From Corallochytrium limacisporum Hawaii (Eukaryota; Protista; Pluriformea), in NCBI GenBank assembly GCA_002811645.1, contig PDIP01000026.1, forward strand, positions 124,001 to 188,000: a stretch of DNA of 64,000 nucleotides. The letters are read 5' to 3'. The notes beneath the pieces were generated by a model, which was not told the DNA's origin, made no database searches, and saw only the letters and a program-made list of their open reading frames with translations. Each line of letters opens with the position of its first letter. The stretch's first letter is position 1. The position numbers and the translations under genes were made by a program. Below, piece after piece: positions 39,800-49,747 of the stretch.

Positions 39800-41827
39800 G
39801 ATTGCTGTTCTTGTACGCTCCGTCTACTACTGCGAACCAATGATACACAACCTTTACAACTTTGCATACATCTACCGATTCCATTTTGAACAGCATTATA
39901 CCGTTTACCTCATGTACCTCATCGTGTGCACACACCTACACAGCTCCTCAATACGCATCACCGAACGGATGACAGATGATTACGCAGCCCCGTCACATCT
40001 GGGTCCACCAGCAGCTATCAACACAGGCCGGTTCCCCTACAGGCCACGCAGGGCAGCAGAACCGATTGCGCGGGCCGCTCATCACAGGTCCGAAGTTTGC
40101 AGCACGGTACCGGTACTGACATTCCGTCACCCTAACAAGCCTCTGTGACACACATACGTGTACCCTCCCTGCGCAGAACTTACCGGACATGTACTGCTCT
40201 TGCTGTATTGTTACCCGCAGCATTCCGACCCAACCCAAGAATCCACATCGGGGGGAGGGGGGGCAAGCCATACTGCATTGACTCAACGCATGGCTGGATT
40301 TTCTTTACCACCGTTCTGCTGCCTTCTGCACCCCAGAGTGAGTATCACTTGTGGCCGGTGCGGGACGTCAACGAATTACGAACGTCGGTGTCGTTAATTC
40401 TTCTCGGCACGCTCATTATGTTCACTCAGCAGCCATCCCTACGGGCTCACACTTCGTCACTATTCACAAGCGGCGGTACTTTACTGTTGGGCAATCCTAG
40501 TAGGCTGTGAACGCATGTATTGTCTGCAGCTCACAATGTCTCAGATGTTTCGAGCAAAGAAGTGAGATAATGATCTTCAGATTTCAAATTTGCCAGCGGA
40601 GGAATTATTGCAGGACGCGACGAGTGGCGTGCCGACTTACACAATTTAGCCAATCCTCCTTACCGCACTACATTGGGTTCTCACAGCGCGCGGTGCAAAT
40701 TGTTGTTGTTGTTCTTCATCGCCAACCCCCCGGCGGTGGGATAGTTGGTTTTTCTATTTTGAAGTCGATTGCGGTGGGCATATAAGAACAACATCACCCA
40801 CCCAAGCGTCTTCTTAAATTTAAGGCCGATGATGACTCATGCATCCGCTTACCATTTCCGAACCGCCGCTCCCAGCGTACGCCCGCCCGCGGGCGCAGAG
40901 CCCCCCAGGGGGGGTGGGGGCCGGCATTGTTCAACACGTATCGCCCGAGGGAAACACCGACAATACAGCATTCGAGCAGTGGGACTGGGGCATGGTAAGG
41001 TAAGTGATTGATCTACCAAACGTTTAATGTTCGGGATTGGGTGAGGACACAACCTGTGTTTGCTGTCAGAGGGTCTCCAGAGTGTTCGCTTATTAAGTCT
41101 TCCTCATGACAGATGGGGACCCACTGCACAGCGACTGTGACTCATGTAGCACACGTACCCAAGACCTGCCAGGACAGTACAAGACGCGTGGTGTTCCTAT
41201 ACGATTGCTTCATGCAGGTCACCTGCTCAGTGTACGCAACCCTTGGTGGTGCGGCTCGTTCAATAAAAGGGCCGCCGATCTGAATCCTGCTCTCCCACAC
41301 CATTACATCAACGGCTCTCTGATCTGATGCACCTTGCGCACTCTCAGAGCGCAACAGTGCTGTCTCATTCCGCCCACCGCCTGCTCCTGGACTTCAACCG
41401 TGTCTCCCTACCGAACCACCGGTCCATCATTGGTAACGAACACCTAATAGACATCATTATTTTTTGAAGTTTGGTTGCTCTCGTAAATCTTTTTGGGATT
41501 TCATCACCGGCAAGAGTGCGCGTCAGGACGGGGGAAACTCTGTCCAAACTATTCCCTCTGTCGGTCGCGCTGTGGGCACACTGACTGCGGGGTAAGAGGG
41601 GGGGGGAGGTGAGTTTCTGGGCGCGAATAGTTTGCGTAGGCTTGAGGTGGTCGGGTGTGACGCTTGTCCTTAGCATCAATTGTCGGGCTATTTAACAATC
41701 CTTGATTGACCTTACCCATATGTTTCATACTTTTTTGATTGATTTATTTAAAATATTGTATTTTTGACAGGCAAACATGTAAGAAAATATTTCTTGTTTT
41801 TGAAATAGAGACAAAAGCACATGGACC

Positions 41828-43147
41828 ATGAATAGGGTGGTCATTGAGCGGACTCGCGGGGCACAGGCCGCCAGACCGCGTCGATCAGGCCCACTGACGC
41901 GGAATTCAGAATTGGAAAAGGAGCTCAAGATCAGTAAGGAAAAGGCAAAGCAATTGATTGATAAAGTTCAGAAGTATGAAGGACAAATAGCTGATCTGAT
42001 GGCACGGAATAGGCAACTCGAGCAGCAAGTGCTCAAGCAGGATCGGAGCTACCACATGCACAACAATGAAGCAGAACGCGCAAAACGTGATCCTCTCCTC
42101 GAAATGGGCCAGACTCGGCAGGTCCGCGACTCAGAATTTCAACAGGAACCGACGGAATTCCACAAGGAAATTGAACGACGAGAGCGACTTCATGAAACAC
42201 AACTTAGCAACCTTCAGAAGGAGATGGAACTCCGTGAAATCAACCGTGCCCAAAAGGAGTCTACAATTGGTGAATTGCAGGAACGAGTAGGTGATCTACA
42301 AACACGCATTCGACGCCTGGAAACGGAGCTGTCTTCAACTCAGAATGAGCGTGATCGGATACGTTCTGACCTCATCAAAGAACGGAAGACTGTAAATGTT
42401 GTTGATAAGCGCCAGTACGACGACGTTTTGGTGAAGTATGAGCGGACTGTCGAGGGACTCCGGCTTCTGCGACAAAAATACAACCATCTCAAGCGTCGCT
42501 ACGGAAATCAGTGTGCTCGAAGCTCAAAGTTGGCAGAATCTTTGGGCGAGCATGCCAAGTATGTGGTACAGATGGAAGCCAAGGTAAAGGTGTATCAGAG
42601 CAAGGCAGCAGACTTTGTGGACATGAGCTGCCAGGATGCACTACAGGTCCTGGGGAACATTGACAATGCCCAAGCCCAGAGTGAAGCTCGACAGCGACTG
42701 CGCTGTCTGTTGGAGATGTTCCAGGCCCAATTGCGCAGCCAGAAGATTGCTCTAGAGGACACCATGCTTCAGTCGACCAAGGCACATCAAGACATGGCCC
42801 GGCTGGCCGGGTACGTCGCGAGTTTGGAGCGCATTCGGGCTGAGGAACTGACGATGTGGGCCCGGATGACGACGGCTGTATCATCACCAGTGCAGCAGTC
42901 GTTACAAAAGCCAGCTCTGGGCAGCAATGTAAAGTCCAAGCAATCGAATTCGTGTTTGAATCAGACAAGCCTTGCGACAAAGGAAGGCATCCCGCATCAG
43001 CCTTCGAGAATACCTTTGGCCACCAAGTCCGTGATCGCCAACGTCCACGGCTTCCAGAAATCGACTCAAACAAGCCACTATATAGGCGGTGGTGGTCAGG
43101 TGCGGAAGTCAGTTTCGTTTTCGAATGTAACCATGGTACCTTCTTGA
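41828..43147 (+). CDS. Uncharacterised coiled-coil protein
   Basis: 439-aa ORF with long E/K/Q/R heptad runs and a disordered tail. No family recognised. Confidence 0.75.
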   Translation: MNRVVIERTRGAQAARPRRSGPLTRNSELEKELKISKEKAKQLIDKVQKYEGQIADLMARNRQLEQQVLKQDRSYHMHNNEAERAKRDPLLEMGQTRQVRDSEFQQEPTEFHKEIERRERLHETQLSNLQKEMELREINRAQKESTIGELQERVGDLQTRIRRLETELSSTQNERDRIRSDLIKERKTVNVVDKRQYDDVLVKYERTVEGLRLLRQKYNHLKRRYGNQCARSSKLAESLGEHAKYVVQMEAKVKVYQSKAADFVDMSCQDALQVLGNIDNAQAQSEARQRLRCLLEMFQAQLRSQKIALEDTMLQSTKAHQDMARLAGYVASLERIRAEELTMWARMTTAVSSPVQQSLQKPALGSNVKSKQSNSCLNQTSLATKEGIPHQPSRIPLATKSVIANVHGFQKSTQTSHYIGGGGQVRKSVSFSNVTMVPS

Positions 43148-43194
43148 TCCCAACAGGTCAATGTATCCTAACATAAAGCTTTATATTCTTCTGT

Positions 43195-44271
43195 TCAAAT
43201 CAGTCCAGCGTCAGCAAGGTTGGCTTCAATGATGATGTTCACTACGTCATCCCAGATCATCTTCATCTGCTTGCCATCTGTTGCCGTCGTCATGTGATGA
43301 TATATTGACGTTTCCTTGTTCGGAGTCCTTTTCTGAAACTGTCCCAGAATGAATTCTGAGGCCTGATCCTTGTCAGTGCCACCCGTGTAGCCAGGGAAGC
43401 ATTCCTTCAGGGGATATCGCTTCAGTGTCCGCTTCAACAAATCTTGCTTGTTCAGGAAGAGGATAACTGGAATGCCCTGAAGAGACTTGCTTTTCAAAAC
43501 CTCTTCAAAGAGATTGAGTGTGTCAACCATGCGATTCTCATGAGGTTCTTCGGTCATGGTCTGCGCATAGCAATTGACAGCAGCAAAGAAGATGATGGCA
43601 TTTACATGGTCAAAGTAATGAATCCATTTCCGGCGGGATGCCTTCTGACCAGCCACATCAATGATTTCGAAATGCATTTGGTTAATATGAAAGCGTGCCT
43701 CGACCACACCACAGGTCATTTCGCGACAGTGTAGGATGTCTTGATGATCGGGAAGCCATGCAGGATCCTTGAGATCAACCAATTTTTGGAAGAAATATAT
43801 GGCAGCTTCTTGCAAGTTGAAGCCTTCTCCGTGCTCCATGGCTTCCTTAACCAAATCGTGTTCAATAAAGCGCTCCACCTCTGCCGCAAGTTCCGTAGCG
43901 AACATTTCAGGATTCAGATCAGGGCCAAGGCTTTCCTTGCAATGCTCGGCAATCTCGTTTAGAGCTGCTGGGACTTCCGTACCTTTCTTTTCAGTCAGGG
44001 TGTCGGCAATGAGCACCACATTCTCCAAGACGTTGCGATAAGCGATCAGACGCATACGCTCACGCTCATCTTTGCTGTATTCCGCGCCATGAAAGTGACG
44101 GATCTGTTTGAAGAACGTACTCTTTCCGCTCTCACCCGGTCCAAGCAATAGTAGCGAAATTCTGTTCTTCCGCTCCTTGCGGTCCTTCTCTATTTCCTTT
44201 TCAATGTGGAAACTCTTCACATACTGCACCTTCAGGTCACTATGGGTCATATCAATCGGCTTTTTAGGCAT
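43195..44271 (-). CDS. Heterotrimeric G-protein alpha subunit (divergent)
   Basis: 358 aa. G1 LLGPGESGKST, G2 CREMTCG, G3 DVAGQ..SRRKW, G4 FLNKQD, G5 TTATD. Confidence 0.95.
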   Translation of the reverse strand: MPKKPIDMTHSDLKVQYVKSFHIEKEIEKDRKERKNRISLLLLGPGESGKSTFFKQIRHFHGAEYSKDERERMRLIAYRNVLENVVLIADTLTEKKGTEVPAALNEIAEHCKESLGPDLNPEMFATELAAEVERFIEHDLVKEAMEHGEGFNLQEAAIYFFQKLVDLKDPAWLPDHQDILHCREMTCGVVEARFHINQMHFEIIDVAGQKASRRKWIHYFDHVNAIIFFAAVNCYAQTMTEEPHENRMVDTLNLFEEVLKSKSLQGIPVILFLNKQDLLKRTLKRYPLKECFPGYTGGTDKDQASEFILGQFQKRTPNKETSIYHHMTTATDGKQMKMIWDDVVNIIIEANLADAGLI

Positions 44272-44886
44272 GATGGCTAGTGATCACCCACCAGTGGTCA
44301 CAAGCATGTGTAAGTCCAGGAGTGCTAGGGGCCTTAGATCGTCTAAGCAATTGTCAACTTCAATGGCGCTGCATCCAACGTCACAAGCGCAGTTGGACTC
44401 GGAAGTAGCTACACTGCACATCTCTTCATCATAATAACCAGGTTACTCGCATTCTTCGTCATATTTTGCGATCTGTCAGCCGTATTTAAGGATAAGATTG
44501 GCACGATCTATAGGCACAGAGATCGGTAAGTGTTCTACATCGGGAGGACGCTAGTGATTGGCTGGAAACGAAATTGGGATTAAATTTGTAGTACTTTTTG
44601 TATGGAACCACACCCCCGTCCGTATTTCTCGTAATATACGGCTATGCTGAACCTCGCCCCATTGGTCTGCTTCCCGCTCGCGGGGCGGTGCGCGCTGCCA
44701 CAGTATGCTGACCGCAGCGGGGTGCCTTGGGAGCCACGCGGAGGCGTTAGGGTACATCAAGCTGAGCATGCCGAGCAAGCTTTTCATGAACAGCACCTAT
44801 GCAATAGATCCGGCTTAAGGCTTCCTGCAAGAGACGATATCCTTATGGGTTACAGAATGGGTTGAAATCTCAGTTTTTGCGCAATA

Positions 44887-45111
44887 ATGTTGGACAAGGA
44901 ACGAAGGAACGCTGCACTTGAAGCTGAAGTCGTGTCCTCCCGGGACAAATTCATGGAGTCGTATGAGGCATTTCAAGAGGTGGCAAGACAGACCCTAGCA
45001 TTTTCTGAAGCTCTCCGGAGACATCGGATGGAGTGCGATCGGCTCTCCCAAGGATTACAAACAATGGATGGCAGCATGTCCCGGGCACTTGCACGACAAT
45101 CCGATGACTAA
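44887..45111 (+). CDS. Possible small coiled-coil protein (74 aa)
   Basis: ATG-initiated with A at -3, charged amphipathic-helix composition, and divergent from the G-alpha gene. No family recognised. Confidence 0.35.
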   Translation: MLDKERRNAALEAEVVSSRDKFMESYEAFQEVARQTLAFSEALRRHRMECDRLSQGLQTMDGSMSRALARQSDD

Positions 45112-46711
45112 GTGGCGTCCATATGAATTAAAGAAGTGTATACACGGCTACGGCAGTGCACAACAATATGCCTGGTCATCATGGCCCACTATGCAAACAC
45201 AAAGCAAAACCGCAAAGATTCCTCAATAAAACGGGCGGGACTTACTCTCTATATACGGATATCTTTAAAATGTCCCGTTATTCCGCACGGCCCGATCTTA
45301 TATTTTAAGGGGCAGAGTAAGAAATTCTTCGTTTCTCCAAGAAAGAAAAAGAAGGAGGGGAGGGGAAGGGGGCGGGGCACCTTCCTCTTTTCTATTTGCA
45401 ACGGCGGGTTCATTGGCCTGCTCTCTCTCTCCTCCAACTCGCACCCCTTCCCCTGGCTGCCGGGGGCCTTCGCCTTTCCTAATTTTTGTGTCTCCTTTGC
45501 GGAGGTCGCCGCCATCTTTCCCTACGTTCGCCTTTGGCTCCCTCGGCTTTGTGTGGCCGGTGTTTTGCTTGCGCCGGTAACTCTTTTTTTTTTTCTTCCC
45601 CTTTTTTTTTTTTGCGCCTGTGTTCCTAACACGATTCGAAACGTCATCACTGGTGGCTGCCGTACGTTCTCTATCGTGTCGCTAAGGGAGATGTGAATTA
45701 CCCAAGGAAACCCAAAACACAACGAAACAAGGAATATTGGGAGACAATAAGAGTCGTGGGGTACACTGAGAATACGGGGAAAACCAACGGCTGAAAGACA
45801 GGCCAGCCAGACCAAAGCGACAGATCTGCAACGGAGTCCAAAAAAAAAACGAAAAGGATAAGAAAAAGTGGGGTGGGCCAGCCGCTGGACAAGAAAAAAA
45901 AAGGGGCGTTAGGCGGGGTGGAACCACGGACGGAAACGATCCAAAAGAGCAGCGGGCCGGGACGGACTGGGCCGTTTCCCCCCCCCCCCCGGGGGGGCTT
46001 GGAGAAGGGGAAGTGAGGGAAAGGCCCTAGGGCCGGCAAGTGAGCACGGCAGAGACCGAGGTTTCCAATATTGCAGGCAAGGAGAAAGAGAGCGGGACCC
46101 TCCTCCCCCCGGGAGGGGGGGGGGAGGGGCCAGGTACTTGGACGGAGGTGGCTGAAAAACAAAGGGCGGGCGGAGCAGTTTGCAAGGAGAAGAGAAAATG
46201 AAGGAGGTGGGGGAAGGGAGGGAGACGCAGGGAGCCAGTCTACACGGGGCGAACGGTGCAAATAAGGGGCCGCGTGTCCCTGGTTGAGTTCGGCGGTGGT
46301 TGTGTGCGCATGCACGGCCCTGGAATTCTAGGCGTGCCTAAGATCGCCGAGGGAAGACACCGGGTGAGCACGGTGTCAAAAGGCACGGGGAGGATCGATG
46401 TGGCCCAGGCTGAGAAGACTGCCGGGTCCATTGGCTCCATCAGAGCGGATGTCTCATGCACCCAGAAAGGTTTCTTTGTCTTCTTGAATGCCTGCACCCC
46501 TCTCATTTCTCCATGTCATGAGTAGAAGTTACTGTTCTGATGAACCGCCTGTGTGGTTGTCTTGTCAGGCATTTGAGGCCCAAACGTAGACCATGGCGGT
46601 CGCCTGAAAATTCATGTATGTAGAAGCGTGTGTGCATCGGGACACCAAGGAACCCTAGGATCGTTTTGTCGTTCTCTGACCAGGGTTCCCCGGAGAGGGT
46701 CTAGCAAGCCG

Positions 46712-47473
46712 TCCGAGACGGTCAAAGTCGTCGTACGATGTCGGCCTTTGAACTCCCGCGAGCAGGACGTCGGGGCTTCTCAAGTTCTTACCGTTCACAA
46801 GCCTGAAGGTCAGGTGCAACTGACGAAGCCGAGCGATGTGAAGGAGCCGCCAAAGAGGTTTACATTCGACAGTGTCTACGGCCCGAAACACACGACTCCG
46901 CAGCTGTACGATAGGTCGGCTTCACTTTGGTTGACAGCGTTCTGGCAGGGTACGATGCAATCGTCTTTGCGTACGGACAGACAGGTTATGGCAAGTCCTT
47001 CACAACGGAAGGTGAGCGAGAGCCAGTCGATAAGCGTGGCGAACTCTCTTGGGGCCAACTCTAAGACCCTCATGGTGGCGTGCATCTCTCCAGCAGGAGA
47101 TTCCTGCGATGAGACCTTGAGTACCCTGCGCCACGCAAACCGGGCCAAGAATATTAAGAATAAGCCAGTGATCAACGAGGATCCCAAGGATGCCCTCATT
47201 CGCAAATACCAGGATGAGATTATGCGTCTAAATGCTCTGTTGGAAGGCAAACAGGTGGATTGGACTGTGATATACAGGACTCTCAGTGGAATGGATCTGG
47301 CCGGAGCCGACATTGCCCCGGAGCCGGGCACAGCACAGAAGGACGTGAACCTCTTGGGTCAGACTGAACTCGATATGTCTGACGTGGTCGAACAGGCTGA
47401 AGAGGACGGTGACGAGAGTGCCATCAACCTAAAGAAAAAGATGGAAATGATGAGCAAAACTGGCACCCATTGA
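46712..47473 (+). pseudogene. KIF17: Degenerate kinesin-2 (KIF17/OSM-3-like) gene
   Basis: [12 protein letters not shown]...FTFDSVY, then a -1 frameshift near 46921 that puts [13 protein letters not shown] (P-loop 46975-46998) in another frame. Near 47041 the sequence jumps directly to [17 protein letters not shown]...[29 protein letters not shown]. Switch I/II are missing and there is no in-frame ATG before the motor. Confidence 0.85.
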
Positions 47474-47864
47474 GGCCATGCTCAAAAAGTCTCTGCTTGG
47501 ATCCCGCAAGAAGGGTTAGGCGTTTGAGGGAGAATTCAAAGGCGAAGGCTCGGCTGGACGGTGACATCATCAAAAGAGAGAACATGTCTTCAAATACCGT
47601 AGCAGTTAATAAAAACAAACAGCGCAATGAGTTCTAGTTACACAGACCTGGGATCAGGAGAATGAGGAGCCTGGTTGAACAGCTGCAAATATGAACCCCA
47701 TACTGTAAATCTGCTTGAACTTTTATGTATGAAATTTAAAGTCCGACAGTTTTTGTGAGTAACTATTTCACCGACACATTCAGAGGTACCATGTGTCCCC
47801 TTTTCCCAATGGGTGATCGTTGTGTAATAAGTATGCTTATGCAAGATCAAAATATGCTGACCAT

Positions 47865-48023
47865 TTAGTGTCCGTCACCGTGGGCGTGAGGGTTGGAGTA
47901 GGGAGAAGTCTCCTTCATTTCCTCGGAGATAGGGATGCTGCGGTACAGTACGTAAGTTACTGCAAATCCAGCCACGAATTCCTTGATGCCCATAAGAGCC
48001 CGTCCTGCTGTAGGTGCTGCCAT
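47865..48023 (-). CDS. Small single-TM protein resembling mitochondrial ATP synthase subunit j / 6.8PL / plant 6-kDa subunit
   Basis: Hand-translated, 52 aa: MAAPTAGRALMGIKEFVAGFAVTYVLYRSIPISEEMKETSPYSNPHAHGDGH. Start context AATCACCATGG resembles that of PSMB2 and PTGR here. It is below the ORF-track size cutoff. Confidence 0.7.
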   Translation of the reverse strand: MAAPTAGRALMGIKEFVAGFAVTYVLYRSIPISEEMKETSPYSNPHAHGDGH

Positions 48024-48730
48024 GGTGATTTTGTCTATGCTAGTGTGTGATTTATCCCAGTAAACCTTGGATAGCCACTATCCCACGCTGGCCCAATACA
48101 GTTGTTTGGACCAAAAAATACCATACTGTTACCCAGGTTTGTTTTCCAATAATTTACCAAACTATTCTAACCACATATTCAGTGTTGACCAGTTCGATTT
48201 CACCGACTTCGGAAGCGGTCATCAAACAGTCAAGCCGAAAATGGGATACATCATGATGGCCAGTGGGTCCTCTCGAAACCCCGCAAATCGCGCACAGGTG
48301 GACCCCAAGCAAGAGATTACCCACACACTGTGAGCCCCTCTGCTTAGCTCCTGGGACCCCTCCCTGTGAAGGTTTTTCAGTTTTGTTTTGTTTATGGAGA
48401 GGGATTGCCAATAGTGAATGTACTAAACACGGCGGACAGCTGAGACTAGGGAGTACTCGGCAAGGCAGGAATCAAGGAGGTTTGGGGAGGTTGTGTGGAA
48501 GGGAGAGACTGCGTGCTGGCCATAACACGAGATTGCCTCCTTCCCGGGGGGTCTCTTTGCACCGTTGATTCAATTGATTCCATTGAGTTTTGGTTACTGA
48601 TTTCATATGATTTAATAAATCTGTTCCATTTGAATTCCTTCTTCGAAAAAAACTATATTACTTAGGTGATTTATAGATGAAATCAAACAATCAAAGTACC
48701 GGAAAGGGACAGACGGGCAGATGTGGTCTT

Positions 48731-49747
48731 TCACATCTTCACCACCATCTTGCCTGTGTTCTCACCTTGGAAGAGACCAATGAAGGCATCGGGGAGACTA
48801 TTAAAGCCTTCTCTCACGGTCTCCTCGCTGCGCAGCTTACCCTCCTGCACCCACTTGCCGAGTTCGGCGGCTCCAGCAGGGAACTCACTGAGCCAGTCGC
48901 TCACGATGAATCCCCGAACGGTCAGGCGCTTGGTGGTAATGAAGAACCAGTTCTTCACACCAGCAACATCAGCACGGTTACGGTCGTAGTTGGAAATTGA
49001 TCCGCATGCAATGATCAAACCATTCAAGGCCATATTCTCCAGAGCAGCCTCCAGCATGGGGCCTCCGACATTGTCAAAGTACAGGTCGATACCGTCGGGG
49101 CACTCCTTCGCAAGCCATTGGGAGTAGTTTTGTTCCGTCTTGTAGTTGAAGCAAGCGTCGATGCCGAGGGACTTCGTGTATGCAACCTTTTCATCGGTTC
49201 CAGCGGAACCCACAACCTTCATACCGTGGATCTTGCAGAGGCCAATGACGGCGGAGCCGACAGCACCCGCGGCCCCGGAGACAAAACAGGTCTTTCCGGG
49301 CTTCAGATGTTCCTGAGCAAAGTGCTTCATGGGGAGCCAGGCGGAGAGACCAGTGAGACCGAGGATACCCAGATACCAGGACAGAGGGACGTTGTCCTGG
49401 ACGGGATATGCACGGGCTGGGTCGAGGGTCTGGTAGGGGATCCACTTTAGTAGGGCCTGCAGCTTGGTACCGACTGGGAACTTGTCGTTTTTGGAGACAA
49501 CCACTTCAGCAACACAACCGGACTCCAGGGGTTTGCCGAGCTCAAAGGCCTCAAAGTAATTCTTTCCGGCGTTTACACGAGCGCGCATGTAGGGGTCAAC
49601 GGAGAACCACAGAGGCTTAACTGTAATCTCTCCATCTTTGGGCTCAGGAACCTCAACTTCCTGCTTCTCAAAGCACGCAGGTGCCAGCTTGGGATCCGGG
49701 CGCTTCTTCAGGATCCAAGCTTCGGCGGTCTTGGGAACAGCGGTCAT
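48731..49747 (-). CDS. NADP-dependent enone/alkenal reductase (PTGR1/CurA-like, zinc-independent MDR)
   Basis: ATG at 49747. SVDPYMR, VSGAAGAVGS, GIDLYFDNVGG, CGSISNY and LFQGENTGKMVV. Confidence 0.93.
   Translation of the reverse strand: MTAVPKTAEAWILKKRPDPKLAPACFEKQEVEVPEPKDGEITVKPLWFSVDPYMRARVNAGKNYFEAFELGKPLESGCVAEVVVSKNDKFPVGTKLQALLKWIPYQTLDPARAYPVQDNVPLSWYLGILGLTGLSAWLPMKHFAQEHLKPGKTCFVSGAAGAVGSAVIGLCKIHGMKVVGSAGTDEKVAYTKSLGIDACFNYKTEQNYSQWLAKECPDGIDLYFDNVGGPMLEAALENMALNGLIIACGSISNYDRNRADVAGVKNWFFITTKRLTVRGFIVSDWLSEFPAGAAELGKWVQEGKLRSEETVREGFNSLPDAFIGLFQGENTGKMVVKM

Noticed and set aside
39083-44271. Rhodopsin plus G-alpha as a phototransduction module
   Set aside because: The rhodopsin is type 1 with a pump motif, not a GPCR-type opsin, and an unrelated gene separates them. 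Proximity alone is not evidence.
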